Origin: Squalus acanthias
Taxonomy: Eukaryota
Direction: 5' to 3'
Assembly (NCBI GenBank): GCA_030390025.1
Contig: CM059432.1
Span: forward strand, 82,090,001 to 82,154,000
Length of the DNA stretch: 64,000 nt
In this document: positions 13,401-25,342 of the stretch, one piece after another
Position numbering within the stretch: the first letter of the stretch is position 1
Layout of the letters: every line of letters starts with the position of its first letter
Position numbers and translations under genes: made by a program
The notes under the pieces: generated by a model
What the model saw: only the letters and a program-made list of their open reading frames with translations
Databases searched by the model: none
Told to the model about the DNA's origin: nothing

Positions 13401-13812
13401 TCTTGGTCTAAGGAGTAACTCAATTCTCTGCTGTAGCTCTACACTGGCCGTTGCTGTGTTTCAGTGTCACTGCAACCTGACAAAGATTTTCTGTAATAGA
13501 CATTTTGCAATGTCTATTCCTGTTTCTTGTTTATTGTGGTGTTTTTTTTATATACAGCGTCTCACATCACAGCTGCTCTTTAATAAAATGATCACTTTCA
13601 AGGGCAACTCTTCTGTGGCTAAAAAAGCTTGAAACTCCAGAAAATGTCTTCATTTTAAGATGCTATTAACCTCTTCATGTAGTTCATAAGTTTCATTTTA
13701 TTCAAGCTTACTCTTCTAATTTGTTCCACTTTAATTACAGATCACTTGGTAAGAGGCGGTGAAATCAAAGATACACTTGTTTCCTTATTGTGATCTCAAA
13801 CAAGCTGACATA

Positions 13813-13984
13813 ATGAAAATCTCGCCACTTATTCTGCTTTTGGTCATGCTGAGTGCTGAATTGATAGGAGTCCTCAGCTCAAGCTTAAAACCACAGCGGT
13901 TTAAAGGACGTGTGCAGCGTGACCGGAGAAACATCAGACCCAACATTATTCTTATTATTACAGATGACCAGGATGTGGAGCTTG
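13813..13984 (+). CDS. SULF1: Extracellular sulfatase (SULF1-like), first coding exon; exon starts at 13741 with 72 nt of 5'UTR
   Basis: Acceptor ttaattacag| ends at 13740, ATG at 13813, donor CTTG|gtaagg at 13984/5. Encodes [58 protein letters not shown]: signal peptide plus the sulfatase RPNIIL..TDDQD metal-binding motif. 172 coding nt; the MK.S...ELIG N-terminus resembles SULF1 more than SULF2. Confidence 0.93.
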
Positions 13985-14118
13985 GTAAGGAAGTTTTACT
14001 TTTATTTCTTTGCCAATTTTCTCCGCATCTCCTCGCCTGTAGACACACATCTACAGGTGCCAGGTGCCCACTGATATTAATATGTGAGCATTGGCAATTA
14101 GTATTGCCAGGCTGTTTT

Positions 14119-16548
14119 ACATAGGATTACATAGGTTATACAGCACAGAAACAGGCCATTCGGTTCAACCAGTCGGTGTTTATGCTCCACTCGAGCTTCC
14201 TCCCGTCTTTCCTCATCTAACTCTATCAGCGTAACCCTCTATTCCCTTCTCCCTCATATGCTTATCTAACCGCCCCTTAAATGCATCTATACTATTCGCC
14301 TCAACCACTCCCTGTGGTAATGAGTTCCACATTCTCACCACTCTCTGGGTAAAGAAGTTTCTTCTGAATTCCCTTTTTGATTCCTTGGTGACTATCTTAT
14401 ATCGATGGCTTCTAGTTATGCTCTTCCCCACAAGTGGAAACAATCTCTCTGTATCCACTCTATCAAAACCTTTCATGATTTTAAAGACCTCTATTAGGTC
14501 ACCCCTCAGCCTTCTCTTTTCAAGAGAAAAGAGACCCAGCCTATTCATCCTTTCCTGATATGTATACCTTCGCATTTCTGGTATCATCCTTGTAAATCTT
14601 CTCTGCACCCTCTCCAGTGCCTCTATATCCTTTTTATAATATGGCGACCAGAATTGTACGCAGTACTCCAAGTGTGGTCTAACCAAGGTTTGATACAAGT
14701 TTAGCATAACTTCACTACTTTTCAATTCTATCCCTCTAGAAATAAACCCTAGTGCTTGGTTTGCTTTTTTTTATGGCCTTGTTAACCTGTGTCGATACTT
14801 TTAGTGATTTGTGTATTTGTACTCCGAGATCCCTTTGCTCCTCTACCCCATTTAGATTCTTATTTTCCAAGTAATATGTGACCTCCCTATTTTTCTTACC
14901 AAAATGTAATACCTCACATTTCATTTGCCAATTATATGCCCATTCTGCAAGTTTATTAATGTCTTCTTGTAATTTGTTGCAGTCCTCCTCAATATTGACT
15001 ATCCCCCCCAATTTGGTGTCATCCGCAAATTTAGAAATTGTGTTTTTGATTCCAAAGTCTAAATCATTAATATAAATTGTGAACAACAGTGGTCCCAGCA
15101 CTGATTCTTGTGGACCACCACTTTCCACCTTCTGCCACAGTGAATAGCTACCCTTTACCACTACTCTCTGCTTTCTGTCTTGAAGCCAGCCATCTATCCA
15201 TTCTGCTACTTATCCTCTGACTTCGCATTCCCTGACCTTATTCATTAGTCTATTATGTGGTACCTTATCAAAAGCCTTTTGGAAATCTAGGTAAATTACA
15301 TCTACAGCATTACCCTTGTCTACTCTCTCTGTTACCTCTTCAAAAAATTCAATGAGGTTGGTCAAGCAAGACTTTCCCTTTTGAAATCCATGCTGACTAT
15401 TAATTATTATATTTTTGGTTTCTATGTTCTTCCATTTCTCCTTTAGTAGGGATTCCATTATTTTTCCAACACCAATGTTAAGCTGACTGGTCTATAGTTC
15501 CCTGGACATGTTCTATCTCCCTTCTTAAATATAGGTATTACGTTAGCTATGCACCAGTCCTCTGGCACTACACCTTTTTGTAACGAATTATTAAATATGT
15601 ATAGTAATGCCTCTGCTATCTCTTCCCTAAATTCTTTTAAAATGCGTGGATATAATCCGTCTGAACCAGGGGTTTTATCCTCTTTGAGTTTCATTAGTTT
15701 AGTTAATATATCTCCTCATTTTATTTTAAATGCAGTTATCTCATTAATAATCTCATCATCCGATGCCATCTCCACCTGTTCTATCTCCCTGGTAAATACT
15801 GAAGCAAAGTAATTATTTAATATCTCTGCCATCCCTCTATCATTGCCTGTGGTACTATCTTGTCCATCCCTTAGTGGCCCTGTTCCCATCCTGACCTTCC
15901 TTTTTTTATTTATATGCCTGTAAAAAATTTTACTATTTTGTTTTATGTTCCTTGATAATTTAATTTCATAGTTCCTCTTTGCCTTCCTAATTGTTTTTTT
16001 TTACTTCTCTCCTAATCTCTTCGTATTCTCTCTTGTCATGCTCTCCCTTGCTGCCCATGTACTTAATGTATGTCTCTTTCCTTACCCTCAATTTTTCCCT
16101 TATGGCTTTATTCATCCACGGTGTCTCATTAATTTTTAGCTTGTTTTTGTTTTTTGGGAATATATTTTTCCTGGACTCTGTTGAACACCATTTTAAATGT
16201 TTCTCATTGCTGGTCTACATCATTGTTTGCCAATATTGTTGTCCATTTTATTTTCCCAAGTTCTATTCTCAGCCCCTCAAAATCAGCTTTTCTCCAATCT
16301 ATTACCCTGGTCTTATATTATGGTCACTATTGCCTAGATGTTCCCCTGCTTTAACTTCCCTTATCTGCTCTGATTCATTCCCCATTACTAGATCCAATAG
16401 TGAATCCTCCCTTGTTGGACTTTCTACATATTGGGTTAGAAAGAAGTCCTGTACACATTGTAGGAACTCCATTCCTTTATCCCCTTTACCTACCTCTTCT
16501 ATCCAATTAATATCGGGGTAGTTAAAACCCCCATGATTATTATTCTAT
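14119..16548 (-). mobile_element. CR1 LINE, 3' part of a near-complete ORF2 pseudogene (RT plus tail)
   Basis: ORFs 15458-15694, 15210-15458, 14736-15161 and 14213-14725 give TPGSDGLYPRILKE, YLDFQKAFDKVPH, FADDTK, CVQFWSP. Tandem tail reads tacataggattacatagg on the + strand. Confidence 0.95.
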
Positions 16549-18464
16549 GGGGGAGAAATTCGGTATAGCCCCATTTGGGGGCAGTAACTGAATTAGCGTC
16601 AGCCATTTAGCGCCCAGCGCGGGAGTACCACCCCAGCCACTAAATTGGGCTTACTGTCGTGGCAAGGCAGCGGAGCACTATCTTGGGCACTCCACTTCCT
16701 CTCGGGGTGGTGACTGGGGCACGAAGCACGGTAGCACCGGAGCACTATGCGGCTGCTCCGCATAGCGCTGATGCGTTTCAACGCCCCATCCCTTCTATTA
16801 AAGGGGACGGATGCTGCGCACACTGCAGGTTGTTTGACAGCCTTCACTTGCCCACCAGGGCGGCGTGGTGCCATGGCTGCAGCCCAGCACTGAGACGCGG
16901 TGGCTGGCTGCGCGATGGCAACCACGGCCCACGCCACTAACAAGAGGCACAAACCAACCCAATTTTCCCCCCATAAAGTTGAAAAATTAGTGCCAGGCGC
17001 TAATCATTCTCGCCTCCTGCAAAATTCAGTTTTAGCGCTCCAAGAGGGAAGTGGCGCACTAAATCAAGCGCTAAACACTTCTCTTAGGGTGCTAAAGGAA
17101 GACAGATTATTATCTGAACGGCAATAGATTGGGAGAAGGGGAAGTACAATGAGATCTGGGAGTCCTTGTGCACCAGTCGCTGAAGGTAAGCATGCAGGTG
17201 CAGCAGGCAGTTAAGAAGGCAAATGGTATGTTGGCCTTCATAGCGAGAGGATTCGAGTACAGGAGCAAGGATGTCTTGCTGCAGTTGTACAAGGCCTTGG
17301 TGAGACTACACCTTGAGTATTGTGTGCAGTTTTGGTCGCCTTATCTGAGGAAGGATGTTCTTGCCATGGAGGGAGTGCAGCGAAGATTTACCAGACTGAT
17401 ACCTGGGATGGCAGGAATGAGGTATGAAGAGAGATTGGGTCGATTAGGCTTATATTCGCTAGAGTTTAGAAGAATGAGAGGGGATCTCATTGAAACTTAT
17501 AAAATTCTAACAGGACTAGACAGACTAGATGCAGGAAGGCTTTTCCCGATGGCGGGGGAATCCAGAACCAGGGGTCACAGTCTAAGGATAAGGGGTAAGC
17601 CATTTAGGACTGAGATGAGGAGGAATTTCTTCACCCAGAGAGTGGTGAACCTGTGGAATTCTCTACCACAGAAGGCAATTGAGGCCAATTTATTAAATAT
17701 ATTCAAGATGGAGATAGATATATTTCTTAAGGCTAAAGGGATCAAGGGATATGGGGAGAAAGCAGGGACAGGGTACTGAATTTGGATGATCAGCCATGAT
17801 CTCATTAAATGGCGGAGCAGGCTCGAGGGGCCAAATGGCCTACTCCTGCTCCTATCTTCTATGCTTCTAAAGTCCAAGAGCGGGGCAGCAGTGGCAGAGC
17901 GCTAAACAATTTTGATTGCATTGTGAACAGCACTCTTTCATCACAGAGGTTGCTTCCCTCGATTAAAGGGAAGGGCCAGTGATGCTGCACAAGCTAGTTT
18001 TTGTCAGTTCTGTTTTGCAAGGCGACCTGGGTGACTGCCATTACAGTGGAGGGTTTGGACATCTTGCACCAATGAAACATTAAAAACTTTGCGCAGGCAC
18101 CAGACTGGTGCAAATAATAAAGGTTGCGCGAGCTGAAAGGCATTCCCTTTAATTACCACCCCCGAAGCGGCCAGCCGAGTTCACAATGCCTCCTCTTGCT
18201 GGCGTTGTCAGCGCGAGGCAATAAAGCAGGGGGCGCGTGTGAATTATCCATCCGGGGCGATAATGGGGCGCTGCACACTTTATGACGTCACGATCTGCGA
18301 GGCGCTAGAGGCCCAGGTGCTAAGACTTAGTGCCAGCGCTAAACCGGCACTGAAGTTCGCGGGCGTTGCTGCATTCGCTGCACCCGGGCGCTAACCCCTT
18401 AGCTCCCCATTAGCGCCCCTGCCAGGCAGTAATGGGAGGCGCTAACATACTGAATTTCTAGCCC
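16549..18464. mobile_element. Harbinger-type non-autonomous element (family B) inserted in the CR1
   Basis: TIRs gggggagaaattc / gaatttctagccc and TAT TSD (16546-16548, 18465-18467). Excision restores the CR1 reading frame EMSKRHR-IIIMGGFNYP. Confidence 0.9.
17098..17866 (+). mobile_element. 5'-truncated CR1 LINE nested in the Harbinger element
   Basis: Open ORF2 C-terminus 17168-17779, 3'UTR and ttctatgcttcta tail; CTAAAG direct repeat at 17092-17097 and 17867-17872. Confidence 0.93.
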
Positions 18465-18880
18465 TATGTCTTTTACTCATTTCCCTAATTTGTTTGCCTA
18501 TTTCTTCCTCCATCTCCCTTCCACTATTAGGTGGTCTGTAGACTACCCCTGTTAGTGTGATTAATCCTTTATTATCTTTTATCTCTATCCACATGAATTC
18601 TATTTCTGTTTTGCTGATAGCTGCGTCACTTTTTTCTACTGCCATTATGTTATCCCTAATAAGTACAGCTACTCCACCTCCCCTTTTTCCCTCTCTATCT
18701 TTTCTAAATATTTTATAACCTGCAATGTTTAATTCCCAGTCCTGATTTTTCTGTAGCCATGTCTCAGTAATCCCTACTATGTCTGGTTCCTCGCAACGCA
18801 TGGTTGCCTCCAGCTCCCCTGTGTTATAACGGACAATGTGTGCATTGCTGTACAGAGAGTTTAACTCATTTTTTAACAGC
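18465..18880 (-). mobile_element. CR1 LINE 5' part of ORF2 (APE endonuclease domain), same element as 14119-16548
   Basis: PDIVGITETWL...GYKIFRKDREGKRGGGVAVLI...GVVYRPPNS are APE endonuclease motifs. Confidence 0.92.
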
Positions 18881-19291
18881 AGTTCCTTGCACTTTATTTA
18901 ACCATCTTTTTACACTCCTGTTCTATAACTCTATTTATTCCCAGGCCATCAATGTCCTCCCTTACTTTACTCATTCCTATGCTCTCTTTTCCTGTTTTGT
19001 CTATATTTAGGCTGGTTTCATTTCTTGTAGATTCCTCTATGGGAAGCACCACAGCTAAATCTGATCCCATTTTCACCCAATATCTACATATGCAGTTCCA
19101 GCAGGGGGCTCTGGAAAGTGATCAGAAGCAGGAACCGTAGCTGATTTATGTTCCTTAACCTAGAGGCACTGAGGCCAACACTAGCATTCCAACTGGCACC
19201 CTGACTGAAATCAGCAAACTCAGCACAAACCAGGACTTGAACCTGGGACTTTCAATTGTCTATGCCTTATTTATTCATTGGCTAGGCTCAC

Positions 19292-19466
19292 AGGGTGATT
19301 TCGATAGTGTAAAACGAGTGATGTTGAATCAGCAGCCCGTTTAATATCTCTCCTGGTTTTTCTTTCCATTGAAGTCAATCGAAATAAAAATCAGGAGAGA
19401 TGTAAAACTGGCTGTCGATTCACTATCACACGCTTTACACTATCGCACAAAATCAAAATTACCCCA
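19292..19466. mobile_element. Short palindromic (hairpin) MITE
   Basis: Arms cgatagtgtaaa...tctctcctggttttt and aaaaatcaggagaga...tttacactatcg surround the centre cattgaagtcaat. Confidence 0.7.
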
Positions 19467-20053
19467 GTGAGTCATCAGCGGAGCCTAGAAGAAATCTCGG
19501 ACTCGATTTTAACTGCCAATGGAAAGGAAAATCAGGCGGGGTGTAAAATGCGTGGTCGACCCGTTGCTGCCTTTCTATCCTGGCAGAAACAGTTATTATT
19601 ATTGACCTCTTAATTTTCTTTTATGAATTTTTCTATTTTATTCACACATATAAACTAACTCAGGTCCATACACATCTTGTAGCAAAATAGATCTATATAA
19701 ACTATCTAGACTGGTTATAGTCATATTCTCACACACTGTACATGTCTTCTGCTTGAGGTAATCATGAGGTCATCTGAAGTGTGAACCTATCAAGCTTGAC
19801 ATTGATCCATACAGGTGTCATTTATAGTATTTAAGTACAACATTCTGTCTCTACACTGACACGGCTCTTGATATATTGTTATTATCATCCCCATCAGCAC
19901 TGGGAATTTGATGCTTTAGTCCTGACACTGGAAAACTGTCAGCATTGATTCGAACTCTGAAATATTGATTTTTTTCTCCATATGTTGATATATAAAGATG
20001 AATTGATGCTAAAATAATAGCCTATATGGATAGTTCAAATATCCAAATATCTC

Positions 20054-20757
20054 GGGGTGAAAATTGGGTTGCTTTGTGCCTCCCGTTAGTGCCCCAAGGG
20101 TCGCTAACGGGGCGCAAAGCACCTAGTGCCCGGGAGGGGCACCGCTAACACCTCCCGTGAAATTCAATAGGAGGTTAGCGGCGGCGGTAGCCGGTAGCGC
20201 CCCGTGGCGCTGCACCTCCGGCGATGACATCATCGCCGTGCTCAGCGCCCCGCTCGCAAACTTCGCTTGTGCCCCCTGATCTATCACCAGACACTGTGTC
20301 CGACAGGGTCAGGATGCCGTGTTTGTGGTTGGGGCGGCGCAAATTAAAGGGCAGGTGCCGGTTGGCCATTTTTTTGGGCCGCCTGCCAGCACCTGCCCTC
20401 TTTCGCCTCCTCCTGTGGGGTGCCAGCCGCGATCGGTCAGCCCAGCACTCCTCTTGAGTGCCAGGCTCTTTTGTCGGCACCCCGCTCCCCGGTGGTCCAG
20501 CAGTGCCCTGGTGCGTGCTGCGCTAGGCCCCTCCCCTTTAATCAGGGGAGGGAGGCCTGTAGAACCGCGGCACGACGTGCCGATGCACGTAGCGCTGCGA
20601 TATTCCATGGGAGTGCTCCAAGAGGGAGGGGGAGCACTTCCAGTAGTGCCCCGCCTCCTGCTTGGGGCGCTACCATTCAATTTCTGGCGCAGGGCCACTA
20701 ACTTCGCCGGGGCGCCACTTTTAGCACCCCAAGGGTGGCGCGACCCAATTTCCCCCC
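20054..20757 (-). mobile_element. GC-rich Harbinger-type MITE (family A), inverted relative to the 9752 copy
   Basis: TIRs ggggtgaaaattggg / cccaatttcccccc; CTC TSD at 20051-20053 and 20758-20760. Confidence 0.88.
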
Positions 20758-21342
20758 CTCACCTCTTAATGTACATGGTATAGAGTCTGGTGATCAGCTT
20801 GGAAAGTGTTGCTTGCTGAATGTTGGAGGATGCTTCCAATTGTGTGCGAAGTGGAGCACATCAGAACAAGGGCTACTCAGGGATGTATTACAAGGGTGTG
20901 TGCAATTCTGAGCTAGTCTGGGCCTTGTTGATATAAATTGTGGTATTACATCCCTACCTAACCTTTGTTCTTTCTTATATCACATTTGTTTGTCGTGTCC
21001 ATCTATACCTCTTGTATGTTTTGGTATCTGTGGATTTATATATTTATTTGAGTATCTATATAACATATACATGTCAGACATAAAGGTAGATTTTACAAAT
21101 TTGCACTCTGTGTGGAGCGCCGCATGCCAGGAGTGCATATCATGTGCCGAGGTCAATTACCAATATGCACTCCTGGGTCAATAGACCCACAGGACTTTGT
21201 GTGATCTGAAAAACCTGTGTGGACCAATGATCCCCACATCTGAATTCCTGATATGCGTCCCCTGCGTGAAATCCACTCTTAATTCTCTCTCTGTCTCAGT
21301 CACTTGTGGAAATGTGATTTACGACAAGATCACAAGATAAGA

Positions 21343-21557
21343 GTGAGAAGTCGCACAACACCAGGTTATAGTCCAACAGGTTTATTTGAAATCACAAGCT
21401 TTCGGAGCGCTGCTCCTTCGTCAGGTGAAGTCCACTTCACCTGACGAAGGAGCAGCGCTCCGAAAGCTTGTGATTTCAAATAAACCTGTTGGACTATAAC
21501 CTGGTGTTGTGCGACTTCTCACATTTGTCCACCCCAGTCCAACACCGGCATCTCCAC
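21343..21557. mobile_element. Penelope-like terminal insertion forming a perfect 89-bp-arm palindrome
   Basis: 21343-21431 is the exact reverse complement of 21434-21522 (loop CC). 15-bp direct repeat ATCACAAGATAAGAG at 21329-21343 and 21558-21572. Confidence 0.88.
21437..21473 (+). ncRNA. Minimal type-I hammerhead ribozyme motif (mirror copy on the minus strand at 21392-21428)
   Basis: Stem I TCAC/GTGA; core CTGACGA plus one extra A; stem II GGAGC-agc-GCTCC; GAAA; minimal stem III within the palindrome AAGCTT; predicted cleavage after CUU (21469). Confidence 0.8.
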
Positions 21558-21804
21558 ATCACAAGATAAGAGGAGGGAAGGCCATTTGGTCCATCTGAGC
21601 TTATACATCCACAACAAACCATCAGTCCTTCTTATAATATAAATCCGGTCAAAATACATAAGGAGTTAAATAAGGCACCTACAGCCAGTATCTTGTCCCA
21701 AACTTAGCTCAATACAAATATTTCAACTTTAGTTTGGTTGCCTGCAAAGCTGAGGGAGGAGCCAAACTACTTTTGAACAGATATAAATTGTATGATTTAC
21801 ACGT

Positions 21805-21965
21805 GTCGTCCTTCTCGACTTCTCCACAGCATTTGACACAGTTGACCATGGCATCCACCGCCAACACCTCTCTGTTGTCCACCTCTGTGGCCTGCCCTTG
21901 CATGATTCTATTCCTACCTATCCGAACGTATACCGTCCATTTCCAGCAGTGACTTCTCTTCTGTG
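21805..21965 (+). mobile_element. Degraded L2-type RT fragment
   Basis: cttctcgacttctccacagcatttgacacagttgaccat translates to LLDFSTAFDTVDH. Confidence 0.65.
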
Positions 21966-22224
21966 CCGTGCATGCTTCATAAGATGGTGAGCAGCCTAAT
22001 CAGTGGTCCTTAAAGGCCGCTCCAAAAATGGCCTGGGGAATTTTTGTGGAGGTAGGAGGAGCAGGAATACCTCCCACACCAGCTGTGCCTCGACCTTTTA
22101 GACCGCCAACTTCCACCGCGGCTCGCTCATGGAACCACTGGATTTTTGGCTCCTCGTTTCGGCGAGCTGCTTGGACACGCTAAGTGGTCTATTAGCATCC
22201 CCTCGCCCCCTCCCCTATTTCTTT

Positions 22225-22890
22225 CAGCTTCACAACATTCATAAAGCATGCATGTCAACTATCATTTTTTCCACTGTGCAATATATTACACTTATCTTGT
22301 TGAATTTCATGAATATAGTCTGCCCACTTGTAGATTTTGGCCAACTCATTTTGGAGTTCCTTGGCTGCCTCTTCAGATTCAATTGCACGTGCATTCCAAT
22401 TTGGTATCGCCTGCAAATTTGACTGACATGCATTGATCTTCTGAATTCAAGTCATTAATATAAATTAGAAACAGTAGGGGTCCCAGCACCAATCTCTGAG
22501 GCAATAGATTCAGTATTCCCTCACCTTAACACCCAACATCACTTCTTGAACTAATATCTGCTGCTTCATACCGTTTAACCATATTTTTAATCCCTTTTCA
22601 GCTATTTTTTGGAAGTGTAGTTACAACACTTTCCACAGTTCCAATTGGGATATCACTTTCTCAAAAAAGTCAAGCAAGCAGATCAGGCAGGGTCTACCCC
22701 TTCTGGTGCCATATTAACTATGTTTTGCTAGGTTGTTGTTATATGGGTGATCCAAAGTTTATTGCTAATAATTGGTTCTAATGTTGTACCCATTACTGAT
22801 GAAAGGCAAATAGGCCTGTAATTGCCTGGGTCTGTTTTGCCACCTGTTTTGAAAATGGGCATTGCATCAGCTTGTTTCCAATCTACTAGG
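22225..22890 (-). mobile_element. Old degraded CR1 RT fragment
   Basis: Reverse-strand remnants of NYRPICL, VLGPLLFLIYINDL and FAGDTKL. Confidence 0.7.
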
Positions 22891-24578
22891 TCACATGCTG
22901 GTCATTTATTAAAATTTACTCACACCAACAACCTGTTAATGGAAAGAAAACTATAGAATGTACTTCATACAGAAGCAATGACAGCTAATCAATTTTCAAG
23001 ATATCGATCAGTGGTGTGATGACGTAGTTGTACCTAGTGTTGCAAATTTACCTACATTGAAAAAGTTTGCTTTGTAAAACTTTGCACTACAGCAGATACA
23101 GTGGCAGCATAAACTTACCTCCGAGATCAATATGGTGGTATGGTGTGCTCCTGATTGTCTGGCATTGCCAGCTTGACTCAATGACATTGTCAGCTTGGTG
23201 GTAACACTGGCCCAGAAGATGGTGGGTTCAGCCCTGACCACAAGGACTTGAGCTTTTCTGCCCTGATTTTGTGATACCAGCAAAATTGGTTTTATGCCTG
23301 TAGTTTTGAAGGACTTTACGATGCAGTATCACAAATAAAATGCACAATTGCGTAGATGGTGTTTATAATTAAAAACAATGGATAATAACATTGAAGGATA
23401 TTATTTATACTTATAGGTATAGTTATTCCAATAACATTATAGAGAAAAATATCACCCCATATGTCTCTTAAGGGGTTTAACATGTTAACCTCTTTTGCAC
23501 TACAAACACATTTAATTACACACCAGGTTACTTATCCAGGTACAGTCAGGCTCGAGGGGCTCCTGAGGGGTTTACTCTGCAGCACCATTTCCAGGTCTGG
23601 CATTTTTATACATCACTGATTCACACAGAGTAAAACTCTGCTCACTGGGTTTATTAAGCATATCAGGCTTAATATGTCATGGTCAACATAGTACATAGCC
23701 TAATATATGTTAACAATCAGTTTTGTTCTATGTAAATCTATGAAGAGGCAGAGTTTAACTATCCTACTCAACAAGGTGAAACTGCTCTATAACGTAGAGT
23801 GATTACAAACTGGTTTCACTCTCGCTGAGAAGAATGGGTAAACCCAACCTCCACTAATATAACATTGGGCTATTTGGACAGACGTGAAGAATGGTCTCAA
23901 AAATATAGCTATTTTCACAAGAGCTCTGATGTGGGCAGATTGGGTCTGATAATGTGCAGCCTGTCATCAGTCCAGAAATTGTTCCCATAGGAGACCACAT
24001 AGAGTCTGCATAGCCCAAGAGTTACTGTAAATAGTGAAATCCAGAAAGAGCTGTGGAGGTCTTGGAAAGCAAGGACATTCCAAACCAAATGTTATGCTGC
24101 AGCAGATATAACATCTCTTGCAGGAACTTATGCAGCCTGAAAATATTCCCTTGAGGTTGTTGTGTCACTGGAACACAATTCCTAGTCGCAAAGCACCTTG
24201 GGTTTCAGAGAGCAGTGGTTTTCAAACTGGGGTCTGGGGTCTCTTGAGGGATTTTCAGGGATTCTGTGAGATCATTGGCACCAAGGTTACCAACAAATAT
24301 TTTGAAAATAGAATTTTAAAAGTTGGGCAAAGTCACTACAAGCTTAACCCTAGCATCCTAACTCTCCTTTTTAATCATTCTGAATATTAACCAATGAGAC
24401 AACAACAGGGGTGCAGATGTGTTATGCCTTAACATATGGGCTGGCTCACAATCTCATTGGCTTACTTTTCTGTAGCATGCTTTTGCACCTGATCTATCAG
24501 TCATCAATGTGCATTCCCAGTCTGAGCCCATTTACTGTCTTATTATTGATATTACTAGGAGTGTATTGTTAATCCATT

Positions 24579-25342
24579 GGCCCGGATTTTGCGATACGAT
24601 GACAGCGTACGTCGTAAGCCTTGTAAAAGGCCCCGCAAGTTTGGGGTTTCCGCATGCGCTGCACATGCGCGAAAACCCGGAACCTGCGATCTGTCACGGT
24701 TCGCCTTGACTGATCTACCGCACCAACCCAAAAACCACTTTCGCTGGCGCAGAGTTGAGCTATTTGCCCAACTACTGCCCAGCAAATGCCCACGAAACCC
24801 TTACACTAGGTAAAAGCAGACGTAGGGCCTGCTTTCACCAGCATAAGGGTTAATATAAATCTTAAATCTTAAATAAAAAAATAAAAACTCATGCACAAAC
24901 ATTTAAAATTAATTTATGTAAATTTTGGCCTGGATTAAAAAAATTTAAATTATTTTTCAAAACATTATTTTTATTGTAAATGCTTCATTGAAGGGACTTT
25001 TATTTAAATTGGAGAATGGGAACATTTACTTTTATTCCAGTTGTATAAATTATTTAATTATTTGGGGATTCCTCAGATGCTGATGGGGATTCCGTTCGTA
25101 AATGGAATCCCCATAAGCATATGAGGGATCCTCCTTTCTGATTGGAGGACCTGGCCCACGTGATCCTAAGGACGCTTCCGAACCGCCTGCGCCCCTGGGA
25201 TCCGTGGACCTTTACGCAAGCGTACACCTGCAGGCCCAGGACCTGAAGTCTCCGAAGCCCTTTAGCCTGAAGGTAGGTGCGGATTTTTTTATCGGGTCGG
25301 AGGCGTACTCCAGAGGTACGCCTCCGACCGCAAATTCTGGCC
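24579..25342. mobile_element. Harbinger-type MITE (family C) with AT-rich core
   Basis: TIRs ggcccggattttgcg / cgcaaattctggcc. The internal block taaaagcagacgtagggcctgctttcaccagcataag is reverse-complement-homologous to the 31705-33204 elements. Confidence 0.75.

Noticed and set aside
13759..14124. 121-aa ORF as a complete protein
   Set aside because: It starts at a GTG in the UTR and reads through the splice donor at 13984; only 13813-13984 is coding.
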